Both the position numbers and the translations under genes were made by a program. The notes below the pieces were generated by a model, which was not told where the DNA came from, did no database searches, and saw only the letters and a list, made by a program, of their open reading frames with translations. From Candidatus Latescibacterota bacterium (lineage in GTDB: Bacteria > Krumholzibacteriota > Krumholzibacteriia > WVZY01 > JAKEHA01), in contig OY970173.1 of the NCBI GenBank assembly GCA_963707635.1, positions 2,304,001 through 2,368,000 on the forward strand: 64,000 bases of DNA, given 5' to 3'. This document shows, piece by piece, positions 23,398 to 33,110 of this stretch. Within the stretch, counting starts at the first letter, position 1; each line of letters begins with the position of its first letter.

Positions 23398-24309
23398 TCA
23401 ACGGCCCGTGTTCGGGCCGCCGTTGCCGTCGGCGTTTTCGTTCTTCTTTTCCAATTCGATCACCCGCCCGTTCTCCTTGAACTCCACCGAATCCATTATG
23501 TTGCGCATCAGGTAGACGCCGCGCCCCGACGAGCGCAAGAGCGCGTCGCCCCGGGTGGGGTCCGCCACCTTCGCCAGGTCGAATCCCTCGCCCTCGTCCC
23601 GGACCCGCATGCGGAACCGGTTCGGACTCGCGTAGATCTGGATGCTCACCTTCTTGTCGGGCTGCGAACGGTTGCCGTGCACGATCGCGTTGGTGATCGC
23701 CTCGTCGCACGCGAGCGGAACGTTGACGCGCGTATCCTGGGGCGGGAACCCGAATTCCTTGAGCAGATTCGAAATGTGGTAGTTGATGCCGATGACATAG
23801 GTCAGGTCGCTGGGGATGACGAAATCCATCCGCACCGTGGATCGCCGCATCAGGTCCGGGTGGCGCTTGAAGTTGGGAACGTTGGGCAGCGCGGTGGCGA
23901 TCTCGCGCGAGAGATTGATGCGGCCAAACGGCGGGAGCAGAATGCCGTGCACGCCGATGGATTGCAGTCGCAGCGAACTCTGCTGGTCGCAGGTGTCGAG
24001 CACCGCCAGGACTACCAGCTGCGGAAAGTCGAGGCGCAGGCGGCGCAGCGCGGGCACGTCAATGGCGTCGCCGCGCGGCTCGACCAGAAACACGAAGGCC
24101 AGCGCGATCCGTTCGAGTTGCGCCAGCGCGCGCGCGAGGTCGGCGACACCGGCGAAGCGGGCGGCGCCCGGCGGCGCGTCCTCGCATTCACGATACACGC
24201 GCTCGAGAAACGACGGGTCGGAAGAAACCAGGTAAACGGCCCGTTCGCCGCGCGCCGGAAGGGCGGCGGGACGGTCGCCCGAGGTGGAATCAGAAGACTT
24301 TCTGGCCAT
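23398..24309 (-). CDS. RsbW/SpoIIAB-like anti-sigma kinase with a degenerate N-terminal receiver domain
   Basis: EAITNAIVHGN, VRDEGEGFD, SGRGVYLM (HATPase_c_2-like). Confidence 0.85.
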   Translation of the reverse strand: MARKSSDSTSGDRPAALPARGERAVYLVSSDPSFLERVYRECEDAPPGAARFAGVADLARALAQLERIALAFVFLVEPRGDAIDVPALRRLRLDFPQLVVLAVLDTCDQQSSLRLQSIGVHGILLPPFGRINLSREIATALPNVPNFKRHPDLMRRSTVRMDFVIPSDLTYVIGINYHISNLLKEFGFPPQDTRVNVPLACDEAITNAIVHGNRSQPDKKVSIQIYASPNRFRMRVRDEGEGFDLAKVADPTRGDALLRSSGRGVYLMRNIMDSVEFKENGRVIELEKKNENADGNGGPNTGR

Positions 24310-24793
24310 TGGCCAAGATCTCGTTCAACGCTTCCTTGAAGTAGTTCGTCGAGTGAGCGGTCTCCGGCCCGACCTTCTCCTTATAGAGCTCCCACGACTT
24401 CTTGATCTCTTCGCCAAGCGTCGTCATGAGGGTCCCGTCTTTGAGCGCCTGGTCGCGCTTCTCGCGGTTGTACCACAGAATGTCGGAAACGAGAACCCTC
24501 GCCAATCGTTTCGCGCGATCCTCGCCGGAGCGTCCCCCGCGGGCGGTAGCCTCCTCCGGCCCCGCGGCCGGAGCGGCCGCCGGCGATTCCGCTGCCTGCT
24601 CCAGCTCGACCGGGCGCGTCGGCGGCGCTTCGACGGCTCCCCCCACCGCGACCCCGACCGGAACCCGCGCCGGGCGCGGGGCCAGCATGAACACCGCCCG
24701 GCACTTCGGGCACCGGACCTTGAGCGGGTTCGCCGGGATCTTTTCCTCGGGCAGGAAGTATTTTGCAGCGCAACTCTGGCACTGAATGATCAT
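24290..24793 (-). CDS. MJ0042-type zinc-ribbon protein with a C-terminal helical domain
   Basis: MIIQCQSCAAKY..KVRCPKCRAVF; Pro/Ala linker; RAKRLARVLVSDILWYN. Confidence 0.82.
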   Translation of the reverse strand: MIIQCQSCAAKYFLPEEKIPANPLKVRCPKCRAVFMLAPRPARVPVGVAVGGAVEAPPTRPVELEQAAESPAAAPAAGPEEATARGGRSGEDRAKRLARVLVSDILWYNREKRDQALKDGTLMTTLGEEIKKSWELYKEKVGPETAHSTNYFKEALNEILANGQKVF

Positions 24794-24926
24794 CGCGCAT
24801 CACTCCGTCTAAGGCACCGAAACCGCAGATTTGCCCTGGCGACCCACCCGGCAACGAACGCCGGGCCGGTATTCGCGCTTGCCCGTCCGCGTTCGAACGG
24901 ATGTTTCCTCCCCTCCCAAGCAACTA

Positions 24927-25994
24927 TCACGCCAGCGTTTTTGCTCCCACGCCCGCCCCTTCGAGCTCGAGCAGCGCGACTTTGCGCCACCTCCCCCCTC
25001 CGTATCCGCCGGTCTCGCCGTTCTTGCGCACCACCCGGTGGCACGGGATCAGGATGGCGATCCGATTCATCCCATTGGCCGTCCCCACCGCGCGTACCGC
25101 TCCCGGGACCCCGATGGCGCGCGCAATGTCCTCGTAGGAACGCGTGTGTCCGTAGGGGATGTCGCGAAGCGCGGCCCACACCCGGGTCTGAAACGGCGTC
25201 CCGGGTGCATCGAGCCGAACCTCGAAGCGCGTGCGCGCCCCGGCGAAATACTCCTCGAGCTCCGCCCGCGCCTGGTCGATCATCGGGTTGGTCCCCGGCA
25301 CCATCGCGGTGCGGTAACGACGCTTCACCATTTCGACCTGCGCGTTGAGCTTCCGGCGCGCCGCAAACTCGGCCAGGCACACCGCCGCCGACGTCGCGGC
25401 GACGATCATGGGCCCCAGCGGTGTTTCCACCAGGCTCACCACGATGCAGTCCTTAGCGCGCGCGCGGCCCGGCGGGCTGCCGAAGGTGCGCGCGAACGCC
25501 TCCCGAAAGCCGCTGTGCGATTCGTACCCGTGCTCGAACACCACGTCGTCGATCTCGGCACCCCGCCGGATGCTGTCGAGGGCGCCCGCCATCCGCCTTC
25601 CGCGGGAGTAGGCGTGGAAGGTCATGCCGTGGCGCGCGAGAAAATAGCGCCGGACGCGCGCCGGGTCGACGCCCAGCGCGCGCAGGTCGCGGTCTCGCAG
25701 ACGCGTGCCGGGGTCGGTTTCCACCCGCTCCAAAAGCGGCGAGATCCATGGCGGCGGAGTTCCCCCCACATCCATCGGCCGGCACCGCTTGCACGGCCGA
25801 TACCCCGCAAAAACGGCATCCTCGGCCGAGGCAAAATAGTCGACGTTCTCCGGGCGGGGTTTTCGCGCCGGGCAAGAGGGCCGGCAGAACACGCCGGTCG
25901 TTCGCACTCCGAGATAGAACACTCCGTCGTAGGACACGTCGCGCCCCACCGAGGCGCGTTCCATTTCTCGAACCGTAGGTAGACTCTTCATCAT
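24927..25994 (-). CDS. ada: Bifunctional Ada regulator / O6-methylguanine-DNA methyltransferase
   Basis: TTGVFCRPSC, GYRPCKRC, AraC HTH, IPCHRV. Confidence 0.95.
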   Translation of the reverse strand: MMKSLPTVREMERASVGRDVSYDGVFYLGVRTTGVFCRPSCPARKPRPENVDYFASAEDAVFAGYRPCKRCRPMDVGGTPPPWISPLLERVETDPGTRLRDRDLRALGVDPARVRRYFLARHGMTFHAYSRGRRMAGALDSIRRGAEIDDVVFEHGYESHSGFREAFARTFGSPPGRARAKDCIVVSLVETPLGPMIVAATSAAVCLAEFAARRKLNAQVEMVKRRYRTAMVPGTNPMIDQARAELEEYFAGARTRFEVRLDAPGTPFQTRVWAALRDIPYGHTRSYEDIARAIGVPGAVRAVGTANGMNRIAILIPCHRVVRKNGETGGYGGGRWRKVALLELEGAGVGAKTLA

Positions 25995-26102
25995 CCTCTC
26001 CTTCGCGGGTCAGGGTCGCGAAGATCTTCGCCACTTCCCGATCGTTGCTCCACCGACAATTGAACGTGGAATTATTTTTCTTTCCAGGCGAGGGGCCCGC
26101 GC

Positions 26103-28220
26103 TCATGCGACCGTCATGACCCGGGATCCCTCGTCGTCGGACAGCACCGCCCGCAGATGCTCGCGGCATCGCCGGCCGTCGGCGCCGGAGAGCCCGGCGT
26201 CGCGGTCGAGGAGCGACTTCACCGCCCGGCTGGCGCGCTCCACCAGCCCGCGGTCGCGCAGCGGGTTCGCCACCCGGAAGCCGGGCACGCCGTGCTGGCG
26301 CGTGCCGAGGAATTCGCCTGGGCCGCGCAGCCGCAGGTCCTCCTCCGCGATCCTGAATCCGTCGTTCTCGCGCACGAGCGCGCCGAGTCGCTCCATGGCC
26401 TCCGGTGACGCGCCATCGCCCACCAGCAGGAAGCAGAATCCGTCGCGCCCGCCACGCCCGACGCGCCCCCGGAGCTGGTGCAGCTGCGACAGGCCGAATC
26501 GTTCGGCCTGATGGATCGCCATGATGGTCGCCTGGGGAACGTGGACGCCCACTTCCACCACCGTCGTGGTCACCAGCACCCGCACCACGCCGGCCCGGAA
26601 CGCCGCCATCACCTCGTCTTTTTCCGCCATCGACATGCGTCCGTGCAGGATCGCCATCGGGACCCCCTTCAGCGCCCCTTCGGAAAGCTCGGCGTGTGCG
26701 GCTTCGGCCGCCTCCATGTCCTGCTTTTCCGACTCCTCGATCACCGGGTAGAGCAGGTACGCCTGCTCGCCGGCGCCCTGCCGGTCGCGGATGTATTCGT
26801 ACATCGCCTCCCGCTTCTCCGGCGGGACCACCCGCGTCTTGACCGCCGCGCGCCCCGGCGGCAGCTCGTCGATGACCGAAAGGTCGAGGTCGGCGTAGGC
26901 GGTGAGTGCCAGCGTGCGCGGTATCGGGGTCGCCGTCATCACGAGCATGTGGGGATCGCCGGCCAGCAGCGCGGCCCGCTGGCGGACCCCGAAGCGGTGC
27001 TGCTCGTCGATCACCACCAGGGCGAGGCGCTTGAACGCCACCTCCGCCTGAATCAGCGCGTGCGTGCCGACCACCGCGTGAATCGTACCCGCGCGGAGTC
27101 CTTCGTGCACCCGCCGCTTCTCGGCGGGCTTGAGGGAACCGATCAGGAGCGTCATCGACAGCCCCAGCCGTTCCATGTGCGGCACCAGGGTGCGGAAGTG
27201 CTGCACCGCCAGGATCTCCGTCGGAACCATCATCGCCGCCTGGTGGCCGGCTTCGATCGCGGCCAGGAGTGCGGCGGCCGCCACCACCGTCTTGCCGGAA
27301 CCGACATCCCCCTGCAGCAGGCGATTCATGCCGGGGGCGGTTTCGAGGTCGGCGTGGATCTCGTCCACGACGCGCCGTTGCGCGGCGGTGAGCGGGAACG
27401 GCAGGGCGGCCAGAAACCGCTTCTCGAGCTCGAACGGCACGCGGAGGCGCGGACGGCTGGTGCGTTCCATCCGCCGCCGGCGCCGCAGCGAGAGAACGAG
27501 CTGCATGTAGAACAGTTCCTCGAGCTTCATCCGCTCCAGCGCCTGCTCAAACGCGCGTTCGTCGCTCGGAAAGTGCATGGACTGGAGCGCCTGGAAGCGC
27601 GACGGCGTCGCCGTGTCGAGTACGTCGTCGGGCAGCGTCTCGGGAACCGCGTCGTGGTAGGCGTCGAGCACACGGGCCACGAGGGCGCGCAGGTACCGCT
27701 GGCTGATGCCCGCCGTCAGGCGGTACACCGGCACGATACGCCCGCCCGTCTCGGTCTCGCGCGGATCTCCCTCCCCCTCCACGTACTCGAATTCCGGGTT
27801 GACCACCTGGCGCTGTCCGCGAAAGAACGCGAGCCGACCGCTCACGATCAGTTCGCGACCGGGCTTGAGGTGACGAACCAGGTAGGGCTGGTTGAACCAG
27901 ACCACCTGCACGATCCCGGTGTCGTCTCCGAGTGCCGCGATCACCATCGAGCGCCGGCGAAACGGCGAGCGCTGCGTGACCGAAAGGACGCGGCCCACGA
28001 ACGTCTCCTCGACGCCGGGGTGCAACGACGCGATGGGGGCCAGCCGGCGGCGGTCGTAATACGTGCGTGGGAAGTGGGTCAGGAGGTCGTTGACGTTCTC
28101 GATCCCGAGGCGCCGGAGCGCTTCGGCACGAGTAGGTCCCACGCCCTTCAGGAACTGGCAGCCGTCCTCCAGGGAGCGGGCATTGCCCGCGTCGTGCGGC
28201 CGCGCGGCATGTGCTGGCAT
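26103..28220 (-). CDS. recG: ATP-dependent DNA helicase RecG
   Basis: LKGVGP, QGDVGSGKT, DEQHRFGV, MTATPIPR, QLHQLRGRVGRG, DLRLRGPGE; AAGGAG RBS. Confidence 0.96.
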   Translation of the reverse strand: MPAHAARPHDAGNARSLEDGCQFLKGVGPTRAEALRRLGIENVNDLLTHFPRTYYDRRRLAPIASLHPGVEETFVGRVLSVTQRSPFRRRSMVIAALGDDTGIVQVVWFNQPYLVRHLKPGRELIVSGRLAFFRGQRQVVNPEFEYVEGEGDPRETETGGRIVPVYRLTAGISQRYLRALVARVLDAYHDAVPETLPDDVLDTATPSRFQALQSMHFPSDERAFEQALERMKLEELFYMQLVLSLRRRRRMERTSRPRLRVPFELEKRFLAALPFPLTAAQRRVVDEIHADLETAPGMNRLLQGDVGSGKTVVAAAALLAAIEAGHQAAMMVPTEILAVQHFRTLVPHMERLGLSMTLLIGSLKPAEKRRVHEGLRAGTIHAVVGTHALIQAEVAFKRLALVVIDEQHRFGVRQRAALLAGDPHMLVMTATPIPRTLALTAYADLDLSVIDELPPGRAAVKTRVVPPEKREAMYEYIRDRQGAGEQAYLLYPVIEESEKQDMEAAEAAHAELSEGALKGVPMAILHGRMSMAEKDEVMAAFRAGVVRVLVTTTVVEVGVHVPQATIMAIHQAERFGLSQLHQLRGRVGRGGRDGFCFLLVGDGASPEAMERLGALVRENDGFRIAEEDLRLRGPGEFLGTRQHGVPGFRVANPLRDRGLVERASRAVKSLLDRDAGLSGADGRRCREHLRAVLSDDEGSRVMTVA

Positions 28221-28230
28221 CGACAACTCC

Positions 28231-28259
28231 TTGCGCCGTAAGCGGCGTTCTGGTATGGT
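28231..28259 (+). promoter_or_regulatory. Putative rpmB promoter
   Basis: TTGCGC-N17-TATGGT with an extended -10 TG. Confidence 0.5.
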
Positions 28260-28301
28260 ACGGCAACCCCACCCCGGGGGTCTATAACGGAGGTTCATGG
28301 C

Positions 28302-28493
28302 ATGAGTCGTCGATGCGCGGTGTGCGGGAAGGGGCCCATGGTCGGTCACAAGGTGAGCCACGCTCACAACCTGACCAAGCGCCGCTGGCTTCCCAATCTT
28401 CAGAAGATCAAGATCGAGTCCGCCGGCAGGGTTCACGCCGCGTATGTCTGCACGGGCTGCATTCGCACCGGCAAGATCCGGAAGGTCGTTTAG
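28302..28493 (+). CDS. rpmB: 50S ribosomal protein L28 (four-Cys form)
   Basis: [40 protein letters not shown]. Confidence 0.96.
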   Translation: MSRRCAVCGKGPMVGHKVSHAHNLTKRRWLPNLQKIKIESAGRVHAAYVCTGCIRTGKIRKVV

Positions 28494-28527
28494 CGCGCGG
28501 TTTCGCACCGCTTCGCGCCGAGTCTTC

Positions 28528-28560
28528 AAAGCGCCCCGCACCCCGGTGCGGGGCGTTTTT
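28528..28560 (+). terminator. Rho-independent terminator of rpmB
   Basis: GCGCCCCGCAC-CCCG-GTGCGGGGCGT running into a short T tract. Confidence 0.85.
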
Positions 28561-28677
28561 GCTTGCCGGCGGGGCCGATGGCTGAGGCGATTCTGGAGCC
28601 CGGCGTACCAACGCCTTGCGGCTACGAACGCGACCCGGGGCGGGCCGATCTTTTTTGAGCGATCGACCGGCCGGGCG

Positions 28678-28706
28678 TTGACGCCGGCGGGTTACCGGAA
28701 TAGACT
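28678..28706 (+). promoter_or_regulatory. sigma70 promoter of the candidate sRNA
   Basis: TTGACG-N17-TAGACT with no plus-strand gene downstream. Confidence 0.7.
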
Positions 28707-28713
28707 TTCGTAC

Positions 28714-28830
28714 GGAAGGGATTCTCGAGACATCGTCAGCCCGTTAGTTCTGGGACAAAGTTTCCTCTTCCTGTATCCCCGTTCCAAGAAGTTTCGGCCG
28801 ACGTGTCAGCGGGAACCCTTTCTTTTTTTT
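28714..28830 (+). ncRNA. Candidate structured small RNA (~117 nt), family unrecognised
   Basis: Own promoter; 5' and 3' ends pair into a long imperfect rod with a 24-nt CU-rich loop; ends in T8. Confidence 0.65.
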
Positions 28831-28842
28831 GGGTGCGGGCGG

Positions 28843-30498
28843 CTACGTGTCGGGGAGCGGAATCTTGTCGACCGTGAGCAGTGTCCGCGCCATCACGTCC
28901 GCCGGGTGGCGCCCGATGAACTTGCGCAGTTCCCGGTCCGCGTCCCGTCCCCGCCCCTCACGCCGCAACGCCACCACCAGCCCGAAGACCGCGCCGGGAA
29001 AGTCCGGATTGATCGCCATCGCCTGCCCGTAGGCCGCCTTCGCCAACCCGGCGTCTTCCGTGCGCAGCAGCACGTCGCCGCGGATCTTGTGCAGGTCCGC
29101 GAAGTCGGGATGGGCGTCGATCGCGGCGTGAATCTCGCGCAGCGCGCCGGCGTGGTCCCCGCGGCGCGATAGCACCAGCGCGAGCTTCTTGCGCGCATCC
29201 ACGTAGCCGGCGTTGATCGCCAGCGTTTCCTGGAGGCAGCGCTCCGCTTCGTCCAGGCGTCCGAGCTCCATCAGCGCCGTCCCCAGCAGACAACGCGCGT
29301 CCGCGTGGCGCGGCACCCGGTCCAGCACCGCCTCGAACTCGGCAACCGCGACGGCCCAGTCGCCCACGCCGAGCGCGTGCAGGCCGCGTTCGAGGTGCGC
29401 CGCGAAGAGGTCCGGCTTGAGCTCGATGGCGGTGCGAAGCGCGACACCGGCGCGCTCGCTCTCGCCCAGCGCGTGGCAGGCGAGGCCGAGCAGGTAGTGC
29501 GCCTTCGCATACGACGGGGCGACGGCCAGCGCCCGCTCCAGCAACTCACGCGCCCGCTCGAATTCCCCGAGCGCGAGGCGGGTGAGCCCCGCCTGGCAGA
29601 GCACGTCGGCGAACTCGGGCTGCGACGCGAGCGCGCGGTCGAGCTCGTCGGCGCTCGCCGCGTACTCCGCGATCCGAAACCACGCCACCGCCAGGCAATA
29701 GCGGGCCTCGGTGTACCCCGGGTTGATCTCGAGCGCGCGCTGGAACGAGGCCACCGCGTCTTCCCCGCGCCCCGCCTCGAGCCGCGCCATCCCCAGGCGC
29801 GCGTGCAAATCCGCGTAGCCGGGGTGCTCGGCCACCGCCGCGGCAAACAGCGCGCAGGCGCGCTCGTAGTCGCCGGCGTTGAACGCGTTGGTCGCCTCGC
29901 GGACCGATTCGGCGTAGCCGCCGCTCTCGCTCACCAGCCCGCGCAGTTCCTGCAGGGCGGGAAGGTCGAAGGCGCGCGCGTCGAGCTTCTCGACCAGCAC
30001 GCGGGAGAGCGGGTGCGGGGTGCGCCGGACGATGTCGAGGGCGCGGCCCAGCATTTCCGAGGCACGGTCGAAGTAGCCCGCGTCGTAGCAGGCGATGCCG
30101 AGCAGGCAGATCGCCTCCGCGTACTCGGGGTTGATGTCGAGCGCGCGGGTCAGCGAGTCGATGGCGGCGGAGAGATTCCCGGCCTGGTGCTCGACGGCGC
30201 CGAGGTAGAAATAGAGGTCGGGGTAGCGGGGATTCTCTTCGAGGGCGACGGAGAAGTGGGCACGCGCCCGGTCGAGTTCACCGCGGTGGAAGTGGGCCAC
30301 GCCGAGTTTGGCGTGCGCCTCCGCCGCGTAGAAGGCGCCCAGTTTGGCGAAGGGGTTGGCGTGCCGGGCGCCGCCCGCGACCACTTCCTCGAGCACACGC
30401 GCGGCCTCGTCGTAGTTGCCTTCGTTGAAAAGACGAATGCCGCGATGGTAATGGTCGCCGGCGGTGCCCCTCAACAACCGAGTCCAGAACGACACCAA
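28843..30498 (-). CDS. Multi-TPR protein directly downstream of ftsZ
   Basis: Repeated (N/H)P-x-Y/F-A-D/E TPR linkers along the whole length. Confidence 0.85.
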   Translation of the reverse strand: MVSFWTRLLRGTAGDHYHRGIRLFNEGNYDEAARVLEEVVAGGARHANPFAKLGAFYAAEAHAKLGVAHFHRGELDRARAHFSVALEENPRYPDLYFYLGAVEHQAGNLSAAIDSLTRALDINPEYAEAICLLGIACYDAGYFDRASEMLGRALDIVRRTPHPLSRVLVEKLDARAFDLPALQELRGLVSESGGYAESVREATNAFNAGDYERACALFAAAVAEHPGYADLHARLGMARLEAGRGEDAVASFQRALEINPGYTEARYCLAVAWFRIAEYAASADELDRALASQPEFADVLCQAGLTRLALGEFERARELLERALAVAPSYAKAHYLLGLACHALGESERAGVALRTAIELKPDLFAAHLERGLHALGVGDWAVAVAEFEAVLDRVPRHADARCLLGTALMELGRLDEAERCLQETLAINAGYVDARKKLALVLSRRGDHAGALREIHAAIDAHPDFADLHKIRGDVLLRTEDAGLAKAAYGQAMAINPDFPGAVFGLVVALRREGRGRDADRELRKFIGRHPADVMARTLLTVDKIPLPDT

Positions 30499-30513
30499 CC
30501 CTCCGTGCGGTGG

Positions 30514-31812
30514 TCAGTCCATCTGCTTGCGAACGAACGTCGGCACGCGGAACACCTCGGGGTTGAACGAACGAATCGATCCGTTGTCCATGATCACCGG
30601 GGTGTCTTCCTCTTCGCCGGGCTCGGCCGTGAACTCGATCACGGAGTCGCCGCGCGCGAGTATTTCCGGGAAGCTGATGACCGGCTCCCGCTTGTCGGCG
30701 GGTTCCACCAGCGGGACGCGGGCCGGGATCGGCGGCGTCTCGACGCGCCGCGGCGCGTCGACCGGGCGCGCATCCGTGGCCGGCGTTTCCGCCGGCCAGG
30801 GGGCGCTCGCGCGCGCCTCGCGCGCCGCCTTCACGGCCGAGGCACGCCCCGCGTGCCGGTCGAACCCGGTCGCGATCACGGTCACGTGCACTTCCCCCTC
30901 CGGCATCGCTTCGTCGATCACCGTGCCCAGAAACACGTGCGCACCCGCACCGGCCTCGGCGTTGATCACCGTCGCCGCGCGGCTGATCTGGCGGATGCCC
31001 AGCGAACGGGGGCCGGTGATGTTGACGAGGATCGCGGTGGCGCCCTCGATCGACACGTCGTCCAGAAGCGGGCTGTGAATGGCGCTGCGGGCGGCGTCCT
31101 CGGCGGCGTTCGGCCCCGAGGCGACCCCGGTCCCCATCAGCGCGTTGCCGCCGTTGCGCATGACGCTGCGCACGTCGGCGAAGTCCAGGTTCACGACTCC
31201 GGTCTCGGTGACCAGCGCCGAGATGCCGCGGGTCGCATTGCACAGCACCTCGTCGGCGCGCGCGAACGCGTCGAGCATCGAGGTGCTGTCGTCCGACGTC
31301 TCCAGCAGCTTGTCGTTGGGGATCACGATCAGGGTGTCGACCGCTTCCTTGAGCGCCTCGATGCCGGCCTCGGCCTGGCGCAGGCGCGGCGTCCCTTCGA
31401 AGAAGAAGGGGCGCGTCACGATTCCCACCGTGAGCGCGCCGCACTCGCGCGCCAGCTGCGCCACGATCGGCCCCGCGCCGGTCCCGGTGCCCCCGCCCAT
31501 GCCGGCGGTGATGAACACCATGTCGGCGCTGCCCACCACGTCGCGGATGGCGGCCACACTCTCCTCGGCAGACTCGCGCCCGATGCGCGGGTCGCCGCCC
31601 GAGCCCAGGCCGCGGGTCAGGTTCTCTCCGATCTGCACCTTGCCGACCGCCTGCGACTCGCGCAGCACCTGCAGGTCGGTGTTCACGGCCACGAAATCGA
31701 CGCCCTTGAATCCCGCCGCAACCATTCGATTGACGGCGTTGCCGCCGGCACCGCCGACGCCGATGACCCGCAGGATGGTGAGTTTTTTTTCTTCTTCGAG
31801 CTCGAAGCGCAT
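30514..31812 (-). CDS. ftsZ: Cell division GTPase FtsZ
   Basis: [29 protein letters not shown]-terminal VPTFVRK. Confidence 0.98.
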   Translation of the reverse strand: MRFELEEEKKLTILRVIGVGGAGGNAVNRMVAAGFKGVDFVAVNTDLQVLRESQAVGKVQIGENLTRGLGSGGDPRIGRESAEESVAAIRDVVGSADMVFITAGMGGGTGTGAGPIVAQLARECGALTVGIVTRPFFFEGTPRLRQAEAGIEALKEAVDTLIVIPNDKLLETSDDSTSMLDAFARADEVLCNATRGISALVTETGVVNLDFADVRSVMRNGGNALMGTGVASGPNAAEDAARSAIHSPLLDDVSIEGATAILVNITGPRSLGIRQISRAATVINAEAGAGAHVFLGTVIDEAMPEGEVHVTVIATGFDRHAGRASAVKAAREARASAPWPAETPATDARPVDAPRRVETPPIPARVPLVEPADKREPVISFPEILARGDSVIEFTAEPGEEEDTPVIMDNGSIRSFNPEVFRVPTFVRKQMD

Positions 31813-31828
31813 GACGACTCCTTCTTGG

Positions 31829-33067
31829 TCAGATAAAACTCGCGATGGCGCGCCTGACCTGGTGAAACCCGAGCGCAAAGCGACCCGACCGCTCCGGGGC
31901 GGAGTCGCCGAACACCACCGCGGGCGCCAGCGCCCGCAGCAACCCGGCCCCCGTGGCGAACCGCGGGTGTGCGACGACTTCCGACAAGCCGTCCAGCCCG
32001 CGCGGGGCGCCCACGCGAGCCCGGAGGCCGAACACCTGTTCGGCCAGCTCGCGAATCCCGGCCAGCATCGCCGAGCCGCCGGTCAGCACCACCCCTGCGC
32101 CGAGCGCGCCCTTGAGTCCGTTCGCCTCGATCTGCTGATCGATCAGCCCGAACAGCTCGGACACCCTCGGCTCGATGATCCCGCTCAATACCTGCCGCGC
32201 CACCCGGCGCGCACCCCGCCCCACCACCTCGCCCACTTCGACGCTCTCCGTCCCGCCCACCAGCGTCGAGAGCGCGCACCCGTGCTCGACTTTGAGTCGC
32301 TCGGCTTCGCGCGCGGACGTCCGCAGGCCGTAGGCGACGTCGCCGGTGATGTTGTGTCCGCCGAGGCCGATCACTCCGCTCGCCAGGACGCCGCATTCCG
32401 ACACCAGCAGCACGTCGGTGGTTCCGCCGCCGATGTCGAGCACCATCGCGCCGAGCTCGCGCTCCTCTGCGGTCAGCACGGCGGTCGCCGACGCGAGCGG
32501 TTCGAGCACGATCTCGCCCAGTTCCACGCCGGCGAGGGTCAGCGTTTTCGCCAGGTTGTCGAGCGCGGGGCGCGACGCCGTGACAACGTGCACGCGCGCC
32601 TCCAGGCGCGCGCCAAACATGCCGGCAGGCTGTCGAATTCCCCGTTGGCTGTCAACGATAAACTCCTGCGGAAGGGTATGAATGATCTCGCGATCGTGTG
32701 GCAAGGAAAACTTTCGCGCCGCGTCGAGGGCGCGCGCCACGTCGTCGGGAGCAATCTCCGTCTCCGCGTTCGTGATCGACACGACGCCGCGACTGTTCAT
32801 GCTGCGGATGTGTTCGCCCGCGGCGCCGACGCTGTAGATGCGCGGAGACGTGCCCGCCATTCGCTCCGCGTCCGCGACCGCGGCGGCCACGCACGCGCCC
32901 GCGCGCTCGATGTCGACCACCACTCCCTGGCGCAGTCCGTTGGACGGGGCGACCCCCACGCCGATGACGCGCAGTCCTCCGGCCGTCTCCTCGGCGACCA
33001 GCACCGCCACCTTCGTCGTCCCCATGTCGATCGCGCCGCGAAGTTTTCTCGGGTTCTTCATGATCAT
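31829..33067 (-). CDS. ftsA: Cell division protein FtsA
   Basis: [20 protein letters not shown]; position in the cluster. Confidence 0.96.
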   Translation of the reverse strand: MIMKNPRKLRGAIDMGTTKVAVLVAEETAGGLRVIGVGVAPSNGLRQGVVVDIERAGACVAAAVADAERMAGTSPRIYSVGAAGEHIRSMNSRGVVSITNAETEIAPDDVARALDAARKFSLPHDREIIHTLPQEFIVDSQRGIRQPAGMFGARLEARVHVVTASRPALDNLAKTLTLAGVELGEIVLEPLASATAVLTAEERELGAMVLDIGGGTTDVLLVSECGVLASGVIGLGGHNITGDVAYGLRTSAREAERLKVEHGCALSTLVGGTESVEVGEVVGRGARRVARQVLSGIIEPRVSELFGLIDQQIEANGLKGALGAGVVLTGGSAMLAGIRELAEQVFGLRARVGAPRGLDGLSEVVAHPRFATGAGLLRALAPAVVFGDSAPERSGRFALGFHQVRRAIASFI

Positions 33068-33110
33068 CCGGTCCGCCTCCTTGCAACCTCTTCCCCATCC
33101 GTGGCCGCGC

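Noticed and set aside
28714..28830. SRP RNA, tRNA or simple terminator identity for the hairpin
   Set aside because: It has no SRP domain IV motif and no cloverleaf. rpmB already has a terminator, and the T-tract is on the wrong strand to end the TPR gene.
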